In this document: positions 24,605-38,094 of the stretch, in pieces | Numbering within the stretch: position 1 is the first letter of the stretch | Layout: every line of letters begins with the position of its first letter | From: Octopus sinensis | Taxonomy: Eukaryota | NCBI RefSeq assembly: GCF_006345805.1 | Contig: NC_043001.1 | Location: 11,904,001 to 11,968,000, forward strand | Reading direction: 5' to 3' | DNA: 64,000 nucleotides | Program-made: the position numbers and the translations under genes | The notes under the pieces: model-generated | Databases searched by the model: none | Told to the model about the DNA's origin: nothing | What the model saw: the letters and a program-made list of their open reading frames with translations, nothing else

Positions 24605-26332
24605 ATATATATATATATATACATGCCTGAATATATTCCAATCAGAGTTCCGCCTACTAAATTCTCTGATATGATTCCATGCAGTCTCTTTTGATTGTAA
24701 ATAGTCATGATGAGTATCAATACAGCTGTAGCAATTCCGTTGGTTTCAGAATCCATGTATTAAAATTCCCCTATCTAGTGTAACTTTTCTTTCTTTACAA
24801 TTAAACGAAAATTTGACTGCTATTTCTAGCAGATTAGGAAAACTCTTAGAGACGTCGGTGTTGCACAGTAATTATTTCATATACTGTAGCTACAGTGTCA
24901 AACAAGACTCTATGGATTAAAATTGATACCCATTCAATTTCATTGTTATTATTTTCAGAACAAATCCTTGAGCTGTTCAACTATGTTCTGTCAAACTAGT
25001 TTTGGGAAAATATTACCCGTTAACTGTAATTATACTTTGAATAGAACTGGTTGCCTTCATTTAGTTACATCATTACTAATGCTCCATAACATTTATAAGG
25101 TTTTAACTAAGCTACTCAAACAAAAATATGGTATAGGTGTATTTCAAAATTAATCAACAACCCCATTGGAAATAATTTCAAATCCTGAAGATTTTTGTGA
25201 CATGATAGTTCCATATTAGGAACGACTTACGTGTAATATCTATATCTACAAATATTTCGGACATTGACGGAAATTCTATGAAATCCCTCATGCGAGAAAC
25301 AGCAGACGAACTGACTCTTGCAAGGACATTGAACATTCCTGAAATAAAACTCCTCCCTTCAAAATTGGTTCCCTTGTTCTTAAATTAGAAAGCAATTATT
25401 ATAAAGCAAAAATATATTTAACATTTTTTGAGAGAAAACATTCAGATTATGGCATAATTTTTTGTCTTTATAACAAATATGAAATTCTATTTGTAAAAGC
25501 GGTTGGCGTTAATAAATATTACTTGACGTGATTTATTTGAAGAAATCAAATAAAAAATATCTTAATAACAATAATCTCCTAACTCACTGTAAACGTTAGG
25601 TCAAAAATATATTTTTGTCTTTTTGTTTAATAGAAAACTTCCATCAATTTCATTGAATTATTTATTATTATTTCTTTGCACGCCAGTAACATTTTACTGT
25701 GTTTTTCATACCGATTTATCTACTGGTCGTCATTTTCCGTTCCCTTCAACCTTTTAGCTACATTTTTTTTTGAAAGAGAGAAAAGCATAAAAGAAAGGAA
25801 AAAATATCGATCCAGATGAAAAGTAAAATTTTTATTGATTCCATTAGCGTCTAATGGCGAGAGAAACATTTTAGTGTGGGTACAAAATGGACAAAGTGCT
25901 GCTACTAGCATTAGCCCATTTAACAATATGGTGGCGCGTTTTATTTCTTTTGATACTGAACGCATAAAAAACGGGTTTACACATCGTAAATTTATCGTTG
26001 TACTCCACCTCATTATTTGAGTGCAATTTTATTATAAATCTATTTTATGATATAAACATCACTGACTGACAACCGTCTGTTTCCTGAAGATATGTTATCG
26101 CAAATTAGAATACGTTGTGGCACTAATTAATTTTGAGTAAGTTTTTCGCCAGAATCATATCTAATTTCTAATCATTCAAAAGATGATTCAAGTGTTTTCA
26201 GTCTGAATTACCAGGAAGGAATTTCTGGCAATATTAAAACAATTTTGAACATACTTATCAGAGTTAGGTATCATTTATTTAAACAGACTAATTTTTCCGA
26301 AGGTATAATATACTCTAAACTGCGCTATCTAC

Positions 26333-26416
<84 letters not shown>

Positions 26417-26422
26417 CATAAA

Positions 26423-26680
26423 TGACCTGATGCGGTACCAGACAGTGTCGCTCATGGTATTTTCTCTTAATTGATTGGATGTGTTATCATTTACAATGTA
26501 TTGTGTTGGTATAGAAGTTGGGCTACAGCAAATATTCTGCTCAATACCAAAGATTTGCTTGTCAGTTGTTTGACCTTAACCAGTTTACCATGTCCCTTAG
26601 TGGCTGCCGATATGTGCATCTCTGACCACGAGCAGAAGTAGTGCGGGAGCATCATAGCCGTGTGTTGAAAGGAATTCTTA
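26423..26680 (+). mobile_element. family E, 5' part, after (AAT)n 26337-26418
   Basis: Homologous to 9499-9750. Confidence 0.8.
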
Positions 26681-26929
26681 TAGGCTTGTGTTTCACGTAT
26701 GCCTTATTTTCGCCTCTGCCGTTGCTACTACATTCTACCTCTGGGTATACTCTGACCGAGTTGACTCATGAAGAGAAGATTTACAACTGGGGTTTTCGTG
26801 TTTTTATTTTATTTATTATTTCTTTCTTGTTGGCATAGTTCTTGCTTGCATCGTCCCAATTATTACAGCCATCTTTAATAAGAGCATTGTGTAAGTATGT
26901 CAGAAACATTGCATCCTTTTATATCTATG

Positions 26930-28088
26930 AAAACTTCATTAGCTGAAAACTTCATTTCTGTAAAAGATACTCTTATCAAATGGGGCCAAATGAGCTCTCC
27001 GATCAATGGTGCAGGATTTGGATATCACATGTAGAGAAATTTTCATCTTGCTGAAAAGAAATTCTTCAATTGCAGATATGACATCATCATTGGGAAACTT
27101 GATTTTTCCAGTTGGGTAACAGATGTTAGTCGGATAGAGACAAATCGGGAGAATGGGGAAGCTGATTAATCAGATCAAGGCCACAGTCACGCAAAACAGT
27201 CCTTGAATCTAAAGGCTTGTGTCCTGGAGTATTGCCATAATGAAACAAAACATCTTTTGTCAGTTTTCCTGGGCTTTTTGTCTTGAAAGTCTTTCATAAC
27301 TGCCTCAGCACGTTGGCATAATACTCTCCATTGATGATGTGAACAGCTTGAAAATAGGCAATAAATGCAATGCTTTTTGCATCCAAAAAACTGAAGCCAT
27401 CAGCTTCTCCACCGATGAAAGAACGTTCGCTTTCTTTGGAGAAGGTGTTGAGGGGGTTTTCGACTGCACGAATTATCTTATCCCTGGTTCAAAGTAATGA
27501 ATTGAAAACCCGTCCTCGCTTAGAAAGCGTTAAGGAAATAGGTAAGAGCTGCCTCAAATAATGTTAGGTTTCCCCTTGATGCGGAATAGCCTGGTGCGCT
27601 TTTCATTAGATATCAGAGGACGTGATACATGTCAACCAGCAACTTTCACCATAACAAATTCATTGAGCAGAATATTAACCATTTACGATATATGGCAATA
27701 TAATTGACTATATCGGTTTTAGTCAATCGCCTGTCATCCACCAGAGTGCGGTGGACACGAGCAATGCTTTGATGGTAGTTGCAGGATGTCCAGACCTTGG
27801 GTCATTTCCAAGACTCTCCCTTCCTTTCCTAAATTGAGCTGCTCACTTTTGCAGGGTTCCTAAAGCTGGAGCTTCCTTCCCTAATGTAGCAAGCGTAGCA
27901 TCAGGAATATTGTGGAAGAAATCATGTTTTTTCTGGTACTTCGACCACTTGAGTAGTCAGATATCAGTTTACTTGTCGCGAAACAATGTAGGTATCAGGG
28001 GAAATAATTGGAATTAATAACGGCAGGATTTAACAGCTGTAGCATCAGTCCTTCATCGTCAACCTATGAACTCCCCAGCCTACGCTCG
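26930..28088 (-). mobile_element. decayed mariner element with transposase pseudogene
   Basis: NDPRSGHP, IHYFEP, INGEYYANVLRQL, VLFHYGNTPGH, PHSPDLSLSD motifs; TIR-like gtcaacctatgaactccccagcctacgctcg at 28058-28088. Confidence 0.88.
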
Positions 28089-28439
28089 CACGCAGAGGCT
28101 TCGAAGAAAGCGAAGCTGTTGATAATGGCTTTTGAAAAATCATGTGATGTTTGAATTTGCAAATCGGTGGTGTAAATGAGGCGAAGAATGATAGATAAAT
28201 ATATGTTGTAAGATATTTATGTGTGATTGAAAAATTCAGAGACATTATATTAAAGCAATTAAAATAGACATGACAATTATATGTGGGTGTATAGTACAAT
28301 CTGTATCATTATGATATGTTATTAAGTACAAGCTCCTCATTGAAAGTCACTTTAAGATGCGCAATAAATATACGTACGTTCACACACATATTGATATCAT
28401 GTCTGTATTGTTAAATAGTGTACTTTAGTTTTATTGCAG

Positions 28440-28510
28440 AAGAAAATGCATTATTTCAAAGTGAAAATGTGTGAAGGAAGAAAGGATGGAAGAAATGCAT
28501 TTAGAATATG
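28440..28510 (+). CDS. candidate 71 nt host exon, unassigned
   Basis: ttttattgcag acceptor, ATG/gtaaac donor, one open frame KKMHYFKVKMCEGRKDGRNAFRI; no homology recognised. Confidence 0.2.
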
Positions 28511-28884
28511 GTAAACTTTGGGAATTGAGATTTAAGGAATTTAAAATATGAGACCAGGAATTAAACTCTGAACGCTATGATGTGAAATCGATAAATTCAT
28601 ATATATTTTCTATTGATTACTTTTAAAATTATAGAAATCACAGCCGATGTTCTACATTGTAATTATAAATAACCTATACATGTCTTCACACTACAATTCG
28701 TCAGAAGCATCGCTTAGGATTTATAACCAAGACACACGGACACAAAACTACACGCCTACACAAATACACAAACACATACACCCATGCGTACAAACATTAA
28801 AAAACAACCCACACACATGTATTTGTAAGTATACATATATATGCATTACATGTATATAATATATATATATTATATATATATATA

Positions 28885-28941
<57 letters not shown>

Positions 28942-28951
28942 CACAAACATA

Positions 28952-29175
28952 TACTTTTCTTCTTTTACCTCTGTCAGTCTTTTGACTACGGCTATGCTGG
29001 AGCACCGACTTTAGTCGAGCAAGTCGACCCCAGGACGTATTCCTTTTATACTTAGTACTCATTCTATCCCTCACTTTTACCGAACCGCTAAGTTACGGGG
29101 ACGTAGACGCACTAACAGCAGTTGTCAAGTGATGGTGTGGGACAAACACAGACACACAGACATATACACACATAC

Positions 29176-29206
<31 letters not shown>

Positions 29207-29369
29207 CAGACATATATACGACATGCTTCTTTCAGTTTCCGTCTAATAATTCCACTCATAAGGTCGGCCCGAGGCTATAGTGGAAGACACTTGCCCAAGG
29301 TGCTAGGCAGTGGACCGAACCCAGAAGCATGTGGATGGTAAATAAGCTACTTACCACGCAGCCACTCCT
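28952..29369 (-). mobile_element. SINE family B, full length
   Basis: Head, internal (CA/TA)n and tail match other B copies. Confidence 0.88.
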
Positions 29370-29431
29370 GTGACTATATATATATATATATATATATAGA
29401 TATATAGATATATATATATCTATATATATAT

Positions 29432-29505
<74 letters not shown>

Positions 29506-29597
29506 ATATATAGATATATAGATATAGATATATACATAAACTTATATATATACATATATATACATATATATACACATATATACACACACACATATAA

Positions 29598-29634
<37 letters not shown>

Positions 29635-30241
29635 AGATTAGGTGAAATTAGAAAATATTTCATCTATAAAAGCCAAGACAACGAGAACGGCAAACAATAA
29701 ACGAAAGTCCATAGTTCTACGGATATTCACAATTACGTTTTACATATGTATTGTCAATTTCCTGCTGCTGTCGAGAGAAGTTTGAAGAATATCCAAATTT
29801 GACGTTGCCTCGATTCATTAATAAACAACTTTTTTGCTGTCTAAACTGATTCGGCGTTATCTTCCTTCTCACAATATCTCACACACTTTCATTGCGTTGT
29901 AGATAAAGATGCGGACTACTGCCGTGAAAGTATAACTAACTCTGACGTATCTGGAACAAAGTTCGTTATTGGACATATGATGCATTTGTTATGAGCAAAA
30001 TATAGTGTACAACAAGCCTCAAAGTCAATTCCACATATTTTCACATAGATAGAAGGTATCGATGCATCGCAACGCAAAGTAGATGTGGAAGACTAAGCAG
30101 AATTATTAAGATAATATACTGCAATGATAAGCTGAGAGATTCTCAAATACAACTTTGAATTGTTTCAAGGAAAACATTAAAGATTAATAGCAGCCAGAAA
30201 CCACAGATACACACACACCAACACACACAGAGGCATTTATA

Positions 30242-30633
30242 TACTCTTTTTTACTCTTTTACTTGTTTCAGTCATTTGAGTCGAGCAAATCGATCGCGGG
30301 ACTTATTCTTTGTAAGCCCAGTACTTATTCTATCGATCTTTCTTACCGAACCGCTAAGTGACGGAGACGTAAACACACCAGCATCGTTTGTCAAGCAATG
30401 TTGAGGGGACAAATACAGAGACACAACACACACACACAGCATATATATATATATATAATATATATATATATGCGACAGGCTTCTTTCAGTTTCCGTCTAC
30501 CAAATCCACTTAAGACTTTGATCGGCCCGAGGCTATAGTAGAAAACACCTGCCCAAGATGCCACGCAGTGGGACTGAACTCGGAACCATGTGGTCGGTTA
30601 GCAAGCTACTTACCACACAGCCACTCCTGCGCC
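30242..30633 (-). mobile_element. SINE family B, full length
   Basis: Head, internal (CA/TA)n and tail match other B copies. Confidence 0.9.
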
Positions 30634-30646
30634 TATATATATATAA

Positions 30647-30748
<102 letters not shown>

Positions 30749-31235
30749 ACATACCCTCTTGAAAAATCTCATTGTTCTCTTTGCACTTACTGTCGCCCTT
30801 CTTTTTATAGACAGATGGCAAAAAGTTTGAGAACATTCTATAAATTATTCGGCTGCGCTGTCAGATTTGAGTTAGTCCATGACACTTATAGTATTGGCTA
30901 CAATTGTATGAGCTTAAATTATTTTTATGGCACCCGTGGTTCAAAGCTGAGAAATGTAAGTACGATATTACTAAACACTCACATACGTTAAGTATGTATG
31001 GACGTTGTAAACATTTCTTAGCAGAGACATAAACTGCGAAAACACATTTTTTTTGTCTATGAAGCACAGTACGGAACCGAATGGCATGTCACGTGAAACA
31101 TTCATTTTTGTATGTTATGGATAAATAACGAAACAAATTCTAATTTTACAAGACATTCGCTGAATATAACAGGGGAGGATGACTACCAATCACAGTGTTA
31201 AAATTTAGAAGTATGGTCTTTCTATACGAGTATAT

Positions 31236-32185
31236 ATATCAACAATTGAGGGTAAAATTAATTAATTAATCAATTTCACCAAGTGTTCAGTATGTAAAAG
31301 GACCATTTAAGGCGAATTCAAAATATTACATTATATAATTAGGGCTTAGTAAAATAAATTACTTTGCCACATACTGAACTTAGTAGAAATAGCAGCCAAA
31401 AAAATTTTCTTAGCATTTCTACTACTTAAAGAAAATTTCTCTCAGATAATGTTTACTCCAGACAGCTCACGGAGGTTTGGGGGTAAATACAGAAAAAATA
31501 TCACAAGTACATAGATCGTTTGAGTACGTCAACGTTTCAAGATTAGCTAAATAAAATCAGCATTTCTTTTGGCTGCTATTTCTACTAAGTTCAGTATGTG
31601 GCAAAGTAATTTATTTTACTAAGCCCTAATTATATAATGTAATATTTTGAATTCGCCTTAAATGGTCCTTTTACATATTGAACACTTGGTGAAATTGATT
31701 AATTAATTAATTTTACCCTCAATTGTTGATATTATAATTCATTTCTCTCGGTCATACTGCCTCGGTTCTCGCGGTTAAAATATAATGTTTGCTAGATAGA
31801 CCACGTGGGTGGAATGGGGAGTGCAGAAATTTACGCCTGCGCATTTTGAATTTGTTGACACTGTTAGTTGGAGTGGTTCATCTGAAGCGACAAGTTCGCT
31901 GATAGGTAAAGTTCCTTCTTTTTAGTGTTTCCAAATCCAAATTAAGAAATTTTGAGCTGACGAAAGAAATTTGATTTTATTTGGCTAATCTTGAAACGTT
32001 GACGTACTCAAACGATCTATGTACTTGTGATATTTTTCTGTATTTACCTCAAACCTCCGTGAGCTGTCTGGAGTAACATTATCTGAGAGAAATTTTCTTT
32101 AAGTAGTAGAAATGCTAAGAAAATTTTTTTTTGGCTGCTATTTCTACTAGTTCAGTATGTGGCAAAGTAATTTTTTTACTAAGCC
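31236..32185 (+). mobile_element. (TA)n-flanked HHR element V: inverted 335 bp copy, one 562 bp monomer, ~53 bp repeat
   Basis: ggctgctatttctact at 31571 and 32133; inverted part 31236-31570. Confidence 0.9.
31951..32012 (+). ncRNA. canonical type-I hammerhead (element V)
   Basis: UUUGAG-CUGACGA-AAGA..21 nt..UCUU-GAAA-CGU-ug-ACG-UA-CUCAAA; predicted cleavage after 32006. Confidence 0.9.
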
Positions 32186-32246
32186 CTAATTATATATAAT
32201 AATATATATATATATATATATATATTATATAATATGTATATGTTTA

Positions 32247-32764
32247 TAATAGTTATCGCCATACTAATATGGCATTCTTATAAAAATAAGAAAAAGCTGT
32301 CCGCTTATTAGCTCCATGAGGCCATCGCCTTAAGTTAGCTATTTGATACACAAACTGCCGTGATCTCTTTTAGAGAGACTTAGTTATTTTAATTTTCTAT
32401 TATTGAAAACAAGTGGATGTATTCCACTGAAAACTAGGTAATAAAACCTTCGAACAGAGATTGTCGGAAGCGACCACTACTGGTCTGACTACGCTACATT
32501 GAAAAGGGGCAATACCCCGAAACGCGTCTGTAGCTGTCGGTCAAGTAGTGTGGAGCGACTGACCTCCCTTGTTCGAAGGTTATATGGATACAGTTTGTGT
32601 AACAAATAGCTAACTTAAGGCGATGGCCTCATGGAGCTAATAAGCGGACAGCTTTATTCTTATTTTTATAAGAATGCCATATTAGTATGGCGATAACTAT
32701 TATTTTCCAGGAACGCTGCCGTCTTCTCTTTTAGAGAGACTTAGTTATTTTAATATTTCTATTA
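32247..32764 (+). mobile_element. (TA)n-flanked HHR element W: inverted 110 bp copy, one 361 bp monomer, ~49 bp repeat
   Basis: ctgccgt at 32355 and 32716; 32247-32357 is the reverse complement of 32591-32702. Confidence 0.9.
32493..32534 (+). ncRNA. type-I hammerhead with U3-A8 covariant core (element W)
   Basis: GCUACA-UUGAAAA-GGGG-caaua-CCCC-GAAA-CGCG-UC-UGUAGC. Confidence 0.8.
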
Positions 32765-33075
32765 TATGTATATATATACGTACAGTAGAAATTTAGATTC
32801 AGTTGCTTATGGTACTTAAGTTAAAGGCACCAGAATTTAGTATGGTATTATCCATATAATTAAAAATGGGGTGATTATAATCAAAATAAGCAACAAGGGT
32901 ACCTTTGGATATCCTTGTTGCTTATTTTGATTATGTGATTATATACAAACATACAAACATATATATATATATATATATATACATATATTATGTATATATG
33001 TAAATATATATGTGTGTGTGTGTGTGTTTATATGTACATATATATAGATATAAACATACATTCATATATATATAT

Positions 33076-33263
33076 AAGGTTAATCCAAACATGAAAACAC
33101 AAAGAGAAAACACAACAACGCGAGGACGTGGAACAAGTATAGTATTATTGTACGCTCAGGAAAGAAGGAAAGAAGCTCTTCGTCAGAAACATTGGAAAAG
33201 GAAAGATCCAAAGAAGGGAATACGGAGGAAAAAAATCGCCAACGGTACACACGCGGTCACATT

Positions 33264-33268
<5 letters not shown>
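33076..33268 (-). mobile_element. family H1 element, 3' half of the HHR deleted
   Basis: Retains GUUU-CUGACGA-A-GAGC on the minus strand at about 33176-33191. Confidence 0.8.
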
Positions 33269-33311
<43 letters not shown>

Positions 33312-33516
33312 AATGGAATAGATAAATTCCGGTCTACATATATTTCGAAGCAAGTGAAACATCGGTAGAAATAATTATCCAAACAAGGGGTCTACCCCAA
33401 GCTATTCTTCGGGTCAGTCTTATTCGATTATATGAAGTTTCCTCACAGGATTTTCGTTGCAATTGCATAGAAAGCATGTTCGAGAAGTGACTATAATTGT
33501 AGAGACAAGTAGGAAT

Positions 33517-33577
<61 letters not shown>

Positions 33578-33751
33578 TATATATAGTAATATAATAATAA
33601 GAGTAAATAATTTCTATAAAGGCTTTTAAAAAAACCCCAATTATTTACTGGTAGAATTCGGTATGTAAATATAGCCGATTACCGGCAGGAACTTCTGTAA
33701 AGTTCAGTATATATATTGTAATACAATATACAATATATATCCTGCCCCTTT

Positions 33752-33827
<76 letters not shown>

Positions 33828-34300
33828 GTGTGTGTGTATAAGGGAGTGGATAAGTTTACAAGTAAACTTGTAATCTTGTGACTGGAGGAGGTTTGGTTTT
33901 CAAATTGTCAGGATATGAAGAATTTAAGAGGGGTAATTAATATATGGCTTTTAATAGAGCCATTTAAACAGAGAGAGAGAAGAAAAAGGCATAATATGTG
34001 ACCTTGGATTGTGTGGAGGGAACGGAAAGCGAGGGAAGACGAGGATAAAATATTTTCGGTCAATGAGGAGACATTTGTATAGTAATTGCAATTTAAATTA
34101 AAAATCTCAGAGGAGAGGAGAGGCAGAAAAGTAGTAATGGCCTAAAGCTAAGAATAAATAACAGTGCGTATTGGGTGCTCGCGCGTGAGTATATTGTGCT
34201 TATGTAGGGTATTGTAAAGATGTATGTGTGCTTTCCTGCTTGTATGCTCTGCATTGCGGATGAGATGGGTGTGGCGGAAAAATTTTAAGAAAATGAACAA

Positions 34301-34460
34301 GGCGCAGGAGTGGCTCTGATAGTAAGAAACTTGCCTCCCAAGCACATGATTCCGGGTTCCGTATAACTTTCTGGCAACATGAGAAAGTGTCTTCTGCTAT
34401 AACCTCCGGTCGACCAAAGACTTGTGAGCAGATTTAGCAGATAGAAACTGAAAGAAGCCC
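34301..34460 (+). mobile_element. SINE family B, 5' half
   Basis: ggcgcaggagtggct head to gaaactgaaagaagccc. Confidence 0.8.
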
Positions 34461-34507
34461 TCTAGTTTGGTTGTTAATTTAGTTCGACTCTGTCAGAATG
34501 ATGTAGC

Positions 34508-34548
34508 CCTTCTGATGAGTACCCAATAAGGTTCGAATTCGATTAAGG
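34508..34548 (+). ncRNA. type-I HHR motif with two substitutions
   Basis: CCUU-CUGAUGA-GUAC-ccaauaag-GUUC-GAAU-UCGA-UU-AAGG. Confidence 0.5.
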
Positions 34549-34611
34549 TTGTTCATCACTTTTTCAGTCTGCGGAGAAATGGCTTAAAATTGCCCTGTTT
34601 ATAATTATACC

Positions 34612-34677
<66 letters not shown>

Positions 34678-35175
34678 ATTTAAATATTTGTTGTGCAAGA
34701 TTTTTTATGTGAAGTCGTGTGTTGAAACAGATATTGTTATATTTCGGAATGGTCATATTGCCAGTTTAGCCAATAAAAACACACGCACTATATATTTGGT
34801 GTTATTTTGCTTCAGTGTTATTTATTTTTGACATTAAACTTAATCTTATTTCGGCCAGAGTTCTTTCGTCACACTCCTGTGACCGCATCAGTGCTCCTTT
34901 GTTTACTTCTTTCTTATTTGTGTCTCTCCTTACTAACCTTCAGCCATTTTGTATTTCTATTGTATGTCTTCCTTTGCGCATGCTTATATCTCTATGTGCG
35001 TCTATGTTTATTTAGTGTGTGTATGTGGGGGGATGCCTGTAATATTTGTATCTTCTGTTTATATATGTTCATGTAATTTGTATTTTGTTTTTGTTTATTC
35101 TTATTTTGTTTATGTGTTTGCATCCACTTATTATTATCATTACATATGCTTGTATGTATGTATGTATGTATAACA

Positions 35176-35700
35176 ACATCAGCGGCTGTAATGAGACATT
35201 CGAAACACTCCGCCTCTCTTGCCGAATGCCGTGGCAAGCCATGCAGGTAGGCATTAAAATCCACTCTGCCTTTTGACCCATCATTCGTCCCGAACATTCA
35301 GGCAAAGTGTTACCGCAAGGCCTCACACATCATTTCGGGCTCGAGTTATTTGTGACCCTGTTCAAAAACCGAATGGTGGCTTTGTTGATAAGTTGCGCCT
35401 CCGCCACCCGTGCATTTCAGACAGCTGCAATTTATTCGTTTGTCAGGGCACAGATTCTAGCTATTACAACGCAACCTTCGTTCAAGGAATAACCAGGATG
35501 CTTTACCCCCTTCAAAATAACATAGCATTTGGCCAAATGTGAACGTTAGAATAAGTACCATACTTTAAAAAACAAGTAGTGTGGTTGATATTCTTGACTA
35601 AATCTTTCAAGATGCTGCCCCAACATGGCCGCTATTCAATAACTGAATATAGATTAGAAATTTAATATTGTAAATCAAACGAAATTGCTAAATTATTGTA
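35176..35700 (-). repeat. 525 bp inverted copy of 40744-41268 (includes a Tx1 fragment)
   Basis: Near-identical reverse complement; paired ORFs are visible in the track. Confidence 0.95.
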
Positions 35701-35900
35701 ATAAATCTCACTAAAGATTATAGAAATAAAAAATAAAATATTTTTGAATGAATACTGTTTGTGTACGTAACGCCATTGACAAAAATATATGAACCAATAT
35801 TAAAGTATGTTGTCTGTGAAATTGTACGCATTCAACTTTGATAGAAAGCATAGCATTACAAGCCACTAGTGAAGCTTTAAAATGCGATAGCTCAGAAACG

Positions 35901-36311
35901 CTATTGTACTCTAGGTACAAGGCCCAACATTTTGAGGGAGGGTGTAGTCGAATAGATCAACCCCAGTACGCAACTGGTACGTAAATTATTGACCTAGAAA
36001 GGATGAAAGGTAAAGTCGAACTCGGCGGAATTTGAACTCAGAATGTAGAGATACCGCTAAGCATTTCAGCTAACGTTTCTTATTTATTTATTGCCCCGAA
36101 GGTGTTAAACACAGAGGGGACAAACAAGGACAGACAAACGAATTAAGTCGATTACATCTACCCCAGTGCATAACTGGTACTTAATTTATCGTCTTCGAAA
36201 GGATGAAAGGCAAAGTCGACCTCGGCGGAATTTGAACTCAGAACGTAGCGGCAGACGAAATACTGCTAAGCATTTCGCCCGGAGTGCTAACGTTTCTGCC
36301 AACACGCCGCC
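35901..36311 (-). mobile_element. SINE family A dimer
   Basis: Two body units, one head. Confidence 0.85.
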
Positions 36312-37188
36312 TTAGAAATGCTACATATTGTCTAATGTGTATTAAAATACTGATCACAACAGTGAAAAATACATGTATGCATCATACATAAATATATGTT
36401 AATTTTCCTTATGTGAGTGCATGTATGTACGTGTACAATTTTTATTATATTTTGTTGTGTATTACTCCAGTAGTTTGTGTGTCATTTGAAATGCATTAAC
36501 AAGTAAATACAAACTCACTGGCTCTTTCCATAGTTATTTTTAATATATTTATATTCAATGTGCAAAAGGCTGAAATATTGACTCATTGCAATACACTTTC
36601 ACACAGCTATAAAACAACTTTTTTATTGGATGGTTGATACGCGCTGTATTTTTCTATATTCGTGCGTGCATATATGTGCGTGTATAAGTGTATATATATA
36701 ATTGTAGTTGTTATATCATAGCCCGTATAATATCTATAAGTGAATTAATATCATAAAGCGGTACAGGAATAATTGTTACAAATTATTTTCATGAACAATG
36801 AAGTCATAAAACTTGGGACGCCACCAAAACACAACGCATATATCATTTTACAAGATGGTGAGGAATATATGATTTAAGGGGCATAGACCATTGGGAATAC
36901 ATGATTATTGTTATCTGAGTAACACATAATTATTTCCCCATAAAGAACGTGGTTGTATTCATAGAAATTTATAGTGTTCCAGAATTATCTATACAGCTTC
37001 ACTTTTATTTTCATGTCATTTTTAGCTTCCATATGCTTCATAGATATCATCCATGTATCGATATAACACATTAGCCCTTGACACAGTATATTACTTCCTT
37101 AAATGCAATGGATAGTATTATCGGTGAAACTTGCACATCCAGTTTTATTACTAAGGCATCAATTCGCTTTGTACAGATATTGAATATA

Positions 37189-37375
37189 TGGTGACACCTT
37201 AGAGCGCGGTCTACCTGACCATTCACAGTTTAAGATGTGGCCTATCTACCCATTTCAAACTTAGTGCGCAAACAAGCACTAAAATTATCTCTAACCATAA
37301 TCCTAACCCTAAATCCTAACACTAATCATAAGTCAGATCAGATAATGCGGTAAGTCACAGGCAAAAGTAACACCA
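37189..37375. mobile_element. possible TA-flanked MITE with degenerate (TAACCC)-like interior
   Basis: Short TIR-like ends tggtgacac / gtaacacca; ctaaccataatcctaaccctaaatcctaac at 37291-37320. Confidence 0.35.
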
Positions 37376-37642
37376 TATATATATATATATATATATATAT
37401 AAATTAAATTAGAGATAAAACCACTATTAGGTAAATCAAACAGTGAAAAAGATAAACCAAAAGATAAAAATAAAAATAATCAATATAATATACAAAATAT
37501 ATAAAATATAAAATTTAAAATTAAAATTATTAATTTATATTCATAAATTTTTTTAATAGTTATTTTTTATATCTTTTTATTTATTAAATATATATAACTA
37601 TCAAAAAGTATTATAAAGTTTAATATAAGATAAAAAGTAAAA

Positions 37643-37739
37643 CCACTACGCACGTTTCATGCCCATAACCTAATTTGAACTACAATAATTTAAATTCAAT
37701 TAATAATTCAAATTATGGTTATAGTCAATCTTCAGGTAG
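37643..37739 (-). ncRNA. type-I HHR with long stem II, in element 37401-37790
   Basis: Minus strand CUAC-CUGAAGA-UUGACUAUAACC..GGUUAUGGGCAU-GAAA-CGUGCG-UA-GUGG. Confidence 0.7.
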
Positions 37740-38046
37740 GTTAGCAATTAATCTTAAACAATAATAACATTGGAATTAGTTTTAAAGTACATATTTTACA
37801 AATGGAATAAATTACTAAGAAGAAAGAAAAAAATAATGGAATAAATGAAGGAAAAAATATATATAGACAAATTGGACACCAAGAAGGATTATAAGTGTTT
37901 GCATATATCATTTGTAGGAATTAATTAATTGTCAAACAGATTAATAATTGGCAATTAAGAATAAATAATAATAATTGGAATAGGTAAGAGAGGGGTGTAT
38001 TTAAATACATATACGAAAGAAAAAAAACTACAGAAAAGGAATTTAT

Positions 38047-38094
<48 letters not shown>

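Noticed and set aside
24923-25153. ORF after a ttttcag acceptor
   Set aside because: No convincing donor or homology; base composition matches the background
28650-28710. Minus-strand CUGACGA with an AUUGUA/UACAAU helix
   Set aside because: No GAAA after the helix and no valid cleavage triplet
33341-33373. UAUUUC ... GAAACAUCGGUA-GAAAUA
   Set aside because: Stem I is present but the CUGANGA core and stem II are missing
34853-34895. Minus-strand CUGAUGC-G-GUCAC..GUGAC-GAAAG-aa-CUC
   Set aside because: A9 is replaced by C and stem I has only 2 bp; left as an unconfirmed remnant
37291-37326. Telomere-like TAACCC repeats
   Set aside because: Only about five degenerate units inside a probable MITE; not an interstitial telomere
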